A stretch of DNA of 64,000 bases from Heterodontus francisci. Taxonomy: Eukaryota. The notes below the pieces were generated by a model, which did not search any database, was not told the DNA's origin, and worked only from the letters and a program-made list of their open reading frames with translations. Position numbers and translations under genes: made by a program. Positions 1-11,432 of the stretch are shown piece after piece. The stretch spans positions 40,332,430 to 40,396,429 of the forward strand of contig NC_090399.1 of assembly GCF_036365525.1 (NCBI RefSeq), written 5' to 3'. Within the stretch, counting starts at the first letter, position 1. Each line of letters begins with the position of its first letter.

Positions 1-430
1 CCCTCTTTCTTCCCCTTCCCCCTCTTTCCTTTTCCCCCTCCCCCTCTTTCCTTCCCCCCTCCCTCTCTTTCTTCCTCCCCTCCCCCTCCCTTCTTTTCTC
101 CCCTCCCCCACCCTCTTTCCTCCTCCACCTCCACTCCCTCTTTCCTCCTCCTCCCTCCCCTCTTTCCTTCCCCCTTTCCTTCCTCCCCCCTTTCCTTCCT
201 CTCCCTTTCCTTCCTCCCCCTCTCTCCTTCCCTCCTCCCCCTCTTTCCTTTCCCTCCTCCCCCTCTTTCCTTTCCCTCCTCCCCCTCTTCCCTTTCCCTC
301 CTCCCCCTCTTCCCTTTCCCTCTTCCCCCTCTTCCCTTTCCCTCCTCCCCCTCTTCGCCGCCGCTGAGCTCTCCTCGCCCCCCGCGCTGCTCTCCCCGCC
401 CCGCTCTCCCAGCCCCGCTCCACTCTCTCA
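1..430. repeat. C/T-rich low-complexity polypyrimidine tract
   Basis: Almost pure C/T over 1-355 with repeated CCTTTCCCTCCTCCCCCTCTT-like units, followed by a C/G-rich tail. Confidence 0.9.
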
Positions 431-640
431 CTCCGGCTATTGTATACTGCCACGTCTTTGTTAGGTTTCCTCTGTGTGATTCTTTGAGCAGTGCCATCTT
501 TAGTCCTGGCAGCTGCTGCAGTCGCAAGCTGTGGACGTTTTGGTGGCACATGCTGTATTTGCGCACGTGCCAAAACAGCGCCACCTACCGTTCGCAGTTG
601 TCAACAAATGCGGTCATGTTTGTTATTTTGTTGGGGCTCC

Positions 641-734
641 TGAGTCAATCTGTCTGGAACTATCTGCTTGGAGCCTGATGATTCATAGTTTGTTTAATTT
701 TGATTAGCTTGACAATAAGTTACTGTCCAATCAG
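641..734 (+). promoter_or_regulatory. MHC class I-type proximal promoter: AP-1 site, X1/X2-like box, degenerate Y box, CCAAT box
   Basis: TGAGTCA at 641-647; CTTGGAGCCTGATGATTCA at 667-685; 17 nt later ATTAG at 703-707 (Y box would be ATTGG); 19 nt later CCAATCAG at 727-734. Order and spacing resemble the X1X2-Y-CCAAT module of classical class I promoters, ~140-200 nt upstream of the leader ATG. Confidence 0.5.
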
Positions 735-870
735 TCTGGAGCAGTCTGAGGAAACCGCAACAGAGTTTATCACCATCAATACAGGGCACAGCTCACAGAC
801 TGAGAAGCAACGGTCTTTTGGAAAGGATTTCCCACAAATTGTTCTTTGCAGCCTGTCGAGAGAAGCAACA

Positions 871-918
871 ATGATTGACTGATAGTGCTGGTCCTTCTGT
901 GTGGAGGGGTCTCTGCAG
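871..918 (+). CDS. MHC class I exon 1 (signal peptide), 1-nt deletion in codon 3
   Basis: ATG ATT GA- CTG ATA GTG CTG GTC CTT CTG TGT GGA GGG GTC TCT GCA G|gtgagt reads MI(G)LIVLVLLCGGVSA if one G is restored. As written it is 48 nt rather than the 49 needed for phase 1, and stops at TGA 880-882. Confidence 0.8.
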
Positions 919-1172
919 GTGAGTAATGGGATGTGAGAGGGGCAGTGCCAGACTGGGTATTGGGCATTAACCCTCAGTCAGTGAGTAATGGGTTGTGAGA
1001 AGGACAGTGCCAAGCTGGATACTTGGGGCATTAACCCTCGGTCAGTGAGGAATGGTTGTGACAGGGATAGTGCCAGACTGGGTACTGGGGCATTAACCCT
1101 CGGTCAGTGAGGAATGGGTTGTGAGGGGGCAGTGCCAGACTGGGTACTGGGGCATTAATCCTCGCTCAGTGA
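919..1172 (+). repeat. ~60-bp minisatellite, block 1 (starts at the intron 1 donor)
   Basis: About 4 copies of GTGAGTAATGGG(G/T)TGTGAGAGGGACAGTGCCAGACTGGGTACTGGGGCATTAACCCTCAGTCA. Confidence 0.95.
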
Positions 1173-1801
1173 ATAAACTAATTAGTTGGGGGAGGGTTCA
1201 ATTGAAGGGACGTTTAAAAAATCTAAAAGAAACGAGAGAGCAGAGGTGCAGGATAATGAAGAGGTGAATGGTAATCAAAGTGTGACAGGAAGGGGCAGAA
1301 AATATAAGCAGAAGAGTGCAGCAGAAATTAGAACCAGAATGAGTAATAATGGTAAAAAGTCAAAGCTTAAGGCTCTTTATCTGAAATCACACAGCATTTG
1401 TAACAAGATAGATGAGTTGATGGCATGAATAGAAATAAATGAATATGACTTGATAGCAATTACAGAGACGTGGTTGCAGGCTGACAAAGACTGGGAACTC
1501 AATATTCAAGGGTATTCGACGTTCCGGAAAAATAGGTAAAAAGGAAAAGGAGGTAGGGTAGCTTTGTTAATAAAGGAAGGTTTCAGTGCGGTGGTGAGTA
1601 GTGATATAGGTGCAATAGATTGTGATGTGGAATAAGTTTGGGTGGGAATAAGGAATAGCAAGAGGAAGAAGTCATGGGTTGGAGTCGTCTGTAGGCCCCC
1701 TGAAGAGTTGCCTCATTTTAGGACAAAGTATAAATTGGGAAATAATGAAAGCATGTAAGAAGGGCACAGCAATTGTCATGGGTGATTTTAATCTGCATAT
1801 T

Positions 1802-4800
1802 CAAATAATCACAGAATCACAGAATAACACAGTGCAGAAGAGGCCCTTCGGCCCATCGAGTCTGCACCGATGCATTAAAGATACCTCTCTGTCTACCTAA
1901 TCCCATTTGCCAGTACTTGGTCCATAGCCTTGAATGTTATGACATGCCAAGTGCTCATCCAGGAACTTTTTAAAGGATGTGAGGCAACCCGCCTCAACTA
2001 CCCTCCAAGGCAGTGCATTCCAGACTGTCAAAAAAGTTCTTCCTCAAATCCCCCTTAAACCTCCTGCCCCTCACCTTAGCCTTGTGTCGCCTCGTAACTG
2101 ATCCTTCAAGTAGAGAACAGCTGCTCCCTATCCACCCTGTCCATGCCCCTCATAATCCTGTACACCTCAATCAGGTCACCCCTAAGTCTTCTCTGCTCCA
2201 GCGAGAACAACCTAAGCCTATCCAACCTCTCTTAAATGTTCCATCCCAGGCAACATCCTGCTGAATTTCCTCTGAACCCCTGCAGTGCAATCATATCCTT
2301 CCTATAATGTGGCGACCAGAATTGCACACAGTACTCCAGCTGTGGCCTTACCAAAGTTCTATACAACTCCAACATGACCTCTCTGCTTTTGTAATCTATG
2401 CCTCGATTGATAAAGGCAAGTGTCCCATATGCCTTTTTCACCACCCTATTAACCTGCCCTTCTGCCTTCAGAGATCTAGACAAACACGCCAAGTTCCCTT
2501 TATTCCTCGGAACTTCCCAGTGTCAGGCCATTCATTGAATACTTCCGTGTCACATTGCTCCTTCCAAAGTGTATCACCTCACACTTTTCAGGGTTAAATT
2601 CCATCTGTCACTTTTCTGCCCACTTGACCATCTCGTCTATATCTTCCTGTAACCCAAGACACTCAACCTCACTGTTAACCACTCGGCCAATCTTTGTGTC
2701 ATCCGTGAACTTACTGATCCTACCCCCCACATAGTCATCTATGTCGTTTATATAAATGACAAACAATAGGGGACCCAGCACAGATCCCTGTGGTACGCCA
2801 CTGGACACTGGCTTCCAGTCACTAAAACAGTCGTCTGTCATCACTCTCTGTCTCCTACGCTAAGCCAATTTTGAATCCACCTCATCAAGTTACCCTGTAT
2901 CCCATGTGCATTTGCTTTCTTGATAAGTCTCCCATGTGGGACCTTGTCAAAGGCTTTGCTGAAATCCAGGTAAATTACATCAACTGCACTACCCTCATCG
3001 ACACACCTGGTCACATGCTCAAAAAATTCAATCAAATTTGTTAGGCATGACCTCCCTCTGACAAAGCCATGTTAACTATTCCGAATCAAATTTTGCCTCT
3101 CCAAGTGGAGATAGATTCTCTCCTTCAGAATTTTCTCCAATAGTTTCCCGACCACTGACGTGAGACTCACTGGTCTGTAGTTCCCTGGCTTATCTCTACA
3201 ACCTTTCTTAAATAGTGGGACCACTTTAGCTGTTCTCCAGTCCTTTGACACCTCCCCCGTGGCCAAAGAGGAATTCAAAATTAGGGTCAGAGCCCCTGCA
3301 ATCTCCACCCTCGCCTCCCACAGCATCCTGGGACACAAATCGTCTGGACCTGGAGATTTGTCCACTTTTAAGCCTGCCAAAACCTCCAATACTTTGTCAC
3401 TCCCTGTGACAATTTGCTCAAGAACCTCACAGTCTCTCTCTGAGTTCCATATCTACATCCTCATTCTCTTGGGTGAAGACAGATGTGAAATATTCATTCA
3501 ACACCCTACCAATGTCCTCTGGCTCCACCCACAGATTTCCCCCTTGGTCCCTAATGTGTCCTACTCTTTCCCTGGTTATCCTCTTCCCATTGATATGCTT
3601 ATAGAATATCTTGGGATTTTCCCTGCTTTTACCAGCCAGAGCTTTCTCGTATCCCCTCTTTGCTCTCCTAATTGCTTTCTTAAGCTCCATCCTACACTTT
3701 CTGTACTCCACTGATGCTTCCGTTGATTTGCTCTCCTTGTATTTGCTAAAAGCCTCACTTTTCCTTCTCATCGTACCCTGAATGTTTCTGGTCATCCATG
3801 GTTCTCTGGGCTTGTTGCTCCTACCTATTACCCTAGAGGGAACACGTTGGGCCTGTACCCTCCCCATTTCCTTTTCGAATGCCCCCCACTGCTCTTCTGT
3901 AGATTTCCCGACAAGTAACTCTTTCCAGTCTACCTTGGCCAGATCCTGCCTTATTTTACTAAAATTCGTTCTCCCCCAATCCAAAACCTTTTTTTGCAAC
4001 TTGTCCATTTCTTTCTCCATAACAAGCTTAAATTTTACCATGTTGTGGTCGCTATCACCAAAATGCACCCCCACCAACACATCAACCACCTGTACGGCTT
4101 CATTCCCAAGAATTAGCTCCAGCACTGCACCTTCCCTTGTTGCATCCTCTACATATTGAGCTAAAAAGTTCTCCTGTATACATTTTAAGAACTCCAGTCC
4201 ATCTAAGCCCTTAACACGATGACTATCCCAATTAATGTTGGGAAAGTTGAAATCATCTAATATAATTACCCTATTATTATTTTTACACACCTCTGCGGGC
4301 AGCCATAAAGACGGGGCTAAAATGTGGTGAGTCGAAGAGACTTAGTAGTTGGCAGGAAAAAAGACAGAGGCGCAAGGGAAGAGCCAACTGCGCAACAGCC
4401 CAGACAAACAAATTTCTCTGCAGCACCTGTGGAAGAGCCTGTCACTCTAGAATTGGCCTTTATAGCCACTCCAGGCGCTGCTTCACAAACCACTGACCAC
4501 CTCCAGGCGCGTATCCATTGTCTCTCGAGATAAGGAGGCCAAAGAATTATTATTTTTACACACCTCTGCGAATTGTGCACATATTTGCTCCTCAATTTCC
4601 CGCTGACTATCTGGGGGTCTATAATAAACACCTAGCAATGTGGCTGTCCCTTTTTTATTCCTAAACTCTACCCATAAAGCTTCATTTGATGCCCCCTCCA
4701 AGATATCATCTCTCCTTACTGCAGTAACTGACTCCTTAACTAATATTGCAATGCCCCCTCCTCTTTTACCCCTTCCTCTGTCTCGCCTGAAGATTGTATA

Positions 4801-5205
4801 TCCCAGGATATTGAGCTGCCAATCCTGCCCCTCCCTCAGCCATGTCTCCGTGATGGCTACTATATCACAATTCCACGTGTCAATCCTTGCCCTTAACTCA
4901 TCCGCTTTACCGGTAATACTCCTGGCATTAAAGTAGAGGCCATCCATCCTGGTCTTACTCCCTTGAAACTTACTTCCGCTGTATTCCCTCTGACTTGCTT
5001 GCTTTCCTGTGTTTAGCTGTGTCCCTATTCTGCTAGGAGTCTGCGTCACCTCCCCCTGCCAAATTAGTTTAAACTCCTCCCAACAGCACGAGCAAACCTT
5101 CCAGCAAGGATGTTAGTCCCCCTCTGGTTCAGATGCAGACCGTCCCGCTTGTACAGGTCCCAGTGGTCCAGGAATCTAAAACCCTCCCTCCTGCACCAAC
5201 TCTTA
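1802..5205 (-). mobile_element. CR1-type LINE (ORF2 EN+RT, 5'-truncated), ATATT target-site duplication
   Basis: Minus-strand ORFs with YFNARSI, TETWL, DFNFPNINW, NYRPVSLTS, GVPQGSVLGP and PQLEYCVQFWSP. ATATT occurs at 1797-1801 and 5206-5210. Confidence 0.9.
4298..4545 (+). mobile_element. RTE LINE 3' fragment with 25-bp TSD
   Basis: Matches the 3' end of the RTE at ~33475-33725. ATTATTATTTTTACACACCTCTGCG is duplicated at 4273-4297 and 4546-4570. Confidence 0.9.
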
Positions 5206-5700
5206 ATATTGACTGGACAAATCAGATTAGCAGAGATAACATGGGAGAGAAATTTGTCGAGTGCATCAGGGATTGTTACTTTGAGCAATACGTTGCAGAA
5301 CCTACCAAGAAACAGGCTATTTTAGATCTAGTAATGTGTAATGAGGTAGGATTAATAAGAGATATCGTAGTTCAGGATCCTCTAGGGGGTAGCAATCACA
5401 ACATGGTAGAATTTCAAATTCAGTTTCAGGGCAAGCAACTCGGGTCTCAAACCAGTGTCCTCAACTTAAACAAGGGCAATTACGGAGGTATGAAGAAAGA
5501 GTTGCCTAAAGCGGGCTGGGAAAATAGGCTCACAGGAAGGTCAGTGGATGAGCAGTGGCAGACATTTAAGCAAATATTTCATAATGCTCAGCAAAAATTT
5601 ATCGCGGCCAAAAAGAAGGACCTGATGAGAACGATGAACCACTCATGGTTAATAAAGGCAGTCAAGGAGAGTATCCAATCAAAAACTAAGGCAGACAAAG

Positions 5701-8700
5701 ACCCAGGGTCTCTGGGGACATGGGTTCGAATCCCACCACAGCAGAAGGTGGAATTTGAATTTGTTTAATAAATCTGGAATTAAAAGCTAGTCTAATGATG
5801 GCCATGAAACCATTGTCGATTGTTGTAAAAACCCATCTGGTTCGCTAATGTCCTTCAGGGAAGGAAATCTGCTGTCCTTACCTGGTCTGGCCTACATGTG
5901 ACTCAAGACCCACAGCAATGTGGGTAACTCTTACATGCCCTCTGAAATGGCCTAGCAAGCCACTCAGTTGTACCTAATCGCTACGAAGTCATTAAAAAGG
6001 AATGAAACTGGACAGACCACCTGGCATCGACCTAGGCACCGGAAACGACAACGGCAAACCCAGCCCTGTCGACCCTGCAAAGTCCTCCTTACTAACATCT
6101 GGGGGCTTGTTCCAAAGTTGGGAGAGCTGTCCCACAGATTAATCAAGCAACAGCCTGACATAGTCATATTCACAGAATCATACCTTACAGACAATGTCCC
6201 AGACACTGCCGTCACCATCCCCGGGTATGTCCTGTCCCACCGGCAGGACAGACCCACCAGAGGTGGCGGGACAGTGATATACAGTACGGAGGGAGTTGCC
6301 CTGGGAGTCCTCAACATCGACTCCGGACCCCATGAAGTCTCATGGCATCAGGTCAAACATGGGCAAGGTAACCTCCTACTGATTACCACCTACCGCCCTC
6401 CCTCAGCTGATGACTCAGTACTCCTCCATGTTGAACACCATTTGGAGGAAGCACTGAGGGTGGCAAGGGCACAGAATGTACTCTGGGTGGGGGACTTCAA
6501 TGTCCATCACAAAGAGTGGCTCGGTAGCACCACTACTGACCGAGCTGGCCGAGTCCTAAAGAACATAGCTGCTAGACTGGGTCTGTGGCAGGTGGTGGGG
6601 GAAACAACACGAGGGAAAAACATACTTGACCTCGTCCTCACCAATCTGCCTGCTGCAGATGCTTCTGTCCATGACTGCATTGGTAGGAGTGACCACCGCA
6701 CAGTCCTTGTGGAGACGACGTCACGCCTTCACATTGAGGATACCGTCCATCGTGTTGTGTGGCACTATCACCGTGCTAAATGGGATAGATTTCAAACAGA
6801 TCTAGCAATGCAAAACTGGGCATCTATGAGGAGCTGTGGGCCATCAGCAGCAGCAGAATTGTACTGAACCACAATCTGTAACCTCATGGCCCGACATATC
6901 CCCCACTCTACCATTACCATCAAGCCAGGAGACCAACCCTGGTTCAATGAATAGTGCAGCAGGGCATGCCAGGTGCAGCACCAGGCATACCTCAAAATGT
7001 CAACCTGGTGAAGCTACAACACAGGACTATCTGCATGCCAAACTGCGTAAGCAGCATGCGATAGACAGAGCTAAGCGATCCCATAACCAACAGATCAGAT
7101 CTAAGCTCTGCACTCCTGCCACATCCAGCCGTGAATGGTGGTGGACAATGAAACAACCAACTGGAGGAGGTGGCTCCACAAATATCCCCATCCTCAATGA
7201 TGGGGGAGCCCAGCACATCAGTGCGAAAGATAAGGCTGAAGCATTTGCAACAATCTTCAGCCAGAAGTGCCGAGTTGATGATCCATCTCGGCCTCCTCCT
7301 GAAGTCCCCAGCATCATAGATGCCAGACTTCAGCCAATTCGATTCACTCCGCGTGATATCAAGAAACGACTGAAGGCACTGGATACTGCAAAAGCTATGG
7401 GCCCTGACAATATTCCGGCAATAGTACTGAAAAGCTGTGCTCCAGAACTTGTCGCGCCCCTCGCCAAGCTGTTCCTGTACAGCTACAACACTAGCATCTA
7501 CCTTGCAATGTGGAAAATTGCCCAGGTATGTCCTGTACACAAAAAGCAGGACAAGTCCAAACCGGCCAATTACCGCCTCATCAGCCTGCTCTCAATCATC
7601 AGTAAAGTGATGGAAGATGTCATCAACAGTGCTATCAAGCGGCACTTGCTTAGCAATAACCTGCTCAGTGATGCTTAGTTTGGGTTCCGCCAGGATCACT
7701 CAGCTCCTGACCTCATTACAGCCTTGGTTCAAACATGGACAAAAGAGCTGAACTCAAGAGGTGAGGTGAGAGTGACTGCCCTTGACATCAAGACAGCATT
7801 TGACCGAGTATGGCATCAAGGAGCCCTAGCAAAACTGAGGTCAATGGGAATCAGAGGGAAAACCCTCTGCTGGCTGGAGTCATACCTCGCGCAAAGGAAG
7901 ATGGTTGTGGTTGTTGGAGGTCAATCATTTGAGCTCCAGGACATCACTGCAGGAGTTCCTCAGGGTAGTGTCCTGGGCCCAACCATCTTCAGCTGTTTCA
8001 TCAATGACTTTCCTTCAATCATAAGGTCAGAAGTGGGGATGTTCGCTGATGATTGCACAATGTTCAGCACCATTCGTGACTCCTCAGATACTGAAGCAGT
8101 CCGTGTAGACATGCAGCAAAACCTGGACAATATCCAGGCCTGGGCTGATAAGTGGCAAGTAACATTCGCGCCACACAAGTGCCAAGCAATGACCATCTCC
8201 AACAAGAGAGAATCTAGCCATCTCCCCTTGACATTCAACAGCAGTACCATCGCTGAATCCCCCACTATCAACATCCTAGGGGTTACCATTGACCAGAAAC
8301 TGAACTGGAGTAGCAGGTCAGAGGTTAGGAATCCTGAGGCAAGTAACTCACCTCCTGTCTCCCCAAAGCCTGTCCACCATCTACAAGGCACAAGTCAGGA
8401 GAGTGATGGAATACTCTTCACTTGCCTGGATGGGTGCAACTCCAGCAACACTCAAGAAGCTCGACACCATCCAGGACAAAGCAGCCCACTTGATTGGCAC
8501 CCCATCTACAAACATTTACTCCCTCCACCACTGATGCACAGTAGCAGCAGTGTGTACGATCTACAGGATGCACTGCAGCAATGCACCAAGGCTCCTCAGA
8601 CAGCACCTTCCAAACCCGCGACCTCTTCCAACTAGAAGGACATGGGCAGCAAATACATGGGAACACCACCACCTGCAAGTTCCCCTCCAAGTCACACACC

Positions 8701-8910
8701 ATCCTGACTTGGAACTATATTGCTGTTCCTTCACTGTTGCTGGGTCAAAATCCTGGAACAACCTTCCTAACAGCACCGTGGGTGTACCTACCCCAAATGG
8801 ACTGCAGCGGTTCAAGAAGGCAGCTCACCACCACCTTCTAAAAAGCAATTAAGGATGGGCAATAAATGCTGGCCTGGCCAGCGACGCCCACATCCCATGA
8901 ATGAATTTTT
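5701..8910 (+). mobile_element. CR1-group LINE (single EN+RT ORF, disrupted) with tRNA/SINE-like 5' region
   Basis: B-box-like GGGTTCGAATCCC at 5722-5734. ORFs carry FTESYL, GDFNVHH, SDH, GPDNIP, DIKTAFDRVWH, GVPQGSVLGP and FADD. 3' end AATAAA...CACATCCCATGAATGAAT. Confidence 0.9.
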
Positions 8911-10817
8911 AAAAAAGCAGCAAAAACTAATGGTCGGCGAGTCGATAGGGAATTTTTTAGGAACCAGCAGTGGATGACTAAAAAGCTAATAAAGAGGGAG
9001 ACAATTGATTCTGAAAGTAAATAGGCAAAAAATATAAAAGCAAACAGCAAGAGCTTCTACGGATATATAAAAAGAGAGTAGCTAAAGTGAGTGTGGGACC
9101 CTTGGAGGATGCAACTGGAGAATTGATAACGGGGAACAGGGAAATGGCAGATAATTTAAACCAATATTTTGCATCGGTCTTCACGGCGGAGGACACTATA
9201 AACATCCCACAGATATCAGATAAGCAAGGAGCTAATGGGAGGAAAGATCTTGTAACAGTCTCTATCACGATGGACAAAGTATTTGACAAACTAATGGGGC
9301 TAAAGGCAGACAAGTTCCCAGGACCTGATGGCCTACATCCAAGGGTTTTAAAGGAGGTGGCTGCAGAGATAGTGGAGGCATTGGTCGAAATATTCCAGAA
9401 CTCACTGGATTCTGGGAGGGTCCAGCGGATTGGAAAACCACTAATGTGATGCCCCTGTTCAAGAAGGGAGGGAAACAAAAAGCAAGAAACTACAGGCCAG
9501 TCAGCCTAACATCGGTCATTGGAAAAATGCTGGAGTCCATTATTAAGAAAGAAATAGCAGGACATTTAGAAAAGCTTAACGCAATCAAACAGAGTCAACA
9601 TGGTTTTGTGAAAGGGAAATCATGTTTGACAGATTTGCTAGAGTTATTTGGGATAACGGGGAACCGGTAGATGGAGTGTATTTAGATTTCCAGAAGGCAT
9701 TTGATAAGGTGTCACATAAAAGATTATTGCACAAGATAGGAGCTCATGGTATTGGGGGTAATGTATTAGCATGGATTGAGGATTGGTTAACTCACAGAAG
9801 ACAGATTCTGGATTAATGGGTCTTTTTCAGGTTGGAAATACATAACTAATGGAGCGCCATAAGGATCAGGCTTGGGGCCTCAATTATTTACTATCTATAT
9901 TCATGACTTGGAGGAGGGGGCAGAGTGTAATATATCCAAATTTGCTAATGATACAAAATAGGTGGGAGGCCATGTTGTGATGAGGACATAAGGAATCTGA
10001 AAGGGGATATAGATAGGTTGAGTGAGTGGGCAAAAACTTGGCAGATGGAGTTTAATGTGGGGAAGTGTGAGATCAAAAGGCAGACTATTATTTAAATGCA
10101 CAGAGGGATTTGGGTGTTCTTGTGCATGAAACACAAAGTTAACATGCAGGTGCAGCAAATAACTAAGGCGGCAAAAGGAATTTTGGCCTTTATTGCTCGG
10201 GGGTTGGAGTTTAAAAATAGGTAAATCTTATTACAACTGTACCGGGTGTTGGTGAGACCGCACCTGGAGTACTGCGTCTAATTTTGGTCCCCGTATTTAT
10301 GAAAGGATTTACTGGCATTGGAGGCAGTTCAAAAGAGGTTCACGAGGCTGATTCCTGGGATGAAGGGGTTGACTTATCAAGAACGGCTAAACAGATTAGG
10401 CCTTTATTCATTCGAGTTTAGAAGAATGAGGGGTGATCTTATTGAAAGGTACAAGATACTGAGGCGGCTTTACAGGGTAGATGTTGAGAAGATGTTTCAC
10501 TAGTGGGGGAATCTCAAACTAGGAGACATAGTTACAGAATAAGGGGACACTCATTTAAAACTGAGATGCGAAGGAATTTCTTCTCTGAGGGTAGTGAATG
10601 TCTGGAATTCTCTCCCCCAGAAAGTTGTGGAGACTAGATCACTGAAAGTATTTAAAAAAGAGGTAGATTTTTGAAATATTGGGGAGTTGAGGGCTATGAG
10701 GAGCTGGCACGAACGAGGAGTTGAGGTCTTGGGCAGATCAGCCGTGATCTTATTGATTGGCAGGGCAGGCTTGAGGGGCCGAATAGCCTACTCCTGTTCC
10801 TATTTCTGATGTTCTTA

Positions 10818-11430
10818 ATGGGGTGTGAGAGACAGAGCCAACTGGGTACTGGGGCATTAACCCTCAGTCAGTGAATAATGGTGTGTGAGAGAGACAGTGC
10901 TAGACTGGGTACTGGGGCATTAATCCTTGGTCAGTGAGTAATGGATTGTGAGAGGGACAGTTCTAGACTGGGTACTGGGGCATTAACCCTCGGTCAGTGA
11001 GTAATGGGGTGTGAGAGGGATAGTGCTAGACTGGGTACTGGGGCATTAATCCTTGGTCAGTGAGTAATGGGGTGTGAGAGGGATAGTACTAGACTGGGTA
11101 CTGGGGCATTAATCCTTGGTCAGTGAATAATGGGGTGTGAGAGGGATAGTGCTAGACTGGGTACTGGGGCATTAACCCTCAGTCAGTGAGTAATGGGGTG
11201 TGAGAGGGATAGTGCTAGACTGGGTACTGGGGCATTAACCCTCAGTCAGTGAGTAATGGATTGTGAGAGGGACAGTGCCAGACTGGGTACTGGGGCATTA
11301 ACCCTCAGTCAGTGAGTAATGGATTGTGAGAGGGACAGTGCCAGACTGGGTACTGGGGCATTAACCCTCAGTCAGTGAGTAATGGTGTGTGAGAGGGACA
11401 GTTCTAGACTGGGTACTGGGGCTTAACCCT
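10818..11430 (+). repeat. ~60-bp minisatellite, block 2
   Basis: About 10 near-identical copies of the same unit as 919-1172. Confidence 0.95.
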
Positions 11431-11432
11431 TA

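Larger units (their letters stand above)
1175..10817 (+). mobile_element. Degenerate CR1-type LINE (EN+RT) hosting two nested insertions; pieces 1175-1801, 5206-5700, 8914-10817
   Basis: The EN motif GDFNLHI|DWTNQ is split by an insertion. RT motifs PGPDGLHPRVLKE, NYRPVSLTS and YLDFQKAFDKV are present, with a CR1-like 3' end at ~10790-10817. Confidence 0.85.

Noticed and set aside
10818-11430. CRISPR-like appearance of the 60-bp array
   Set aside because: Head-to-tail units with no unique spacers, no cas genes, and a vertebrate context.
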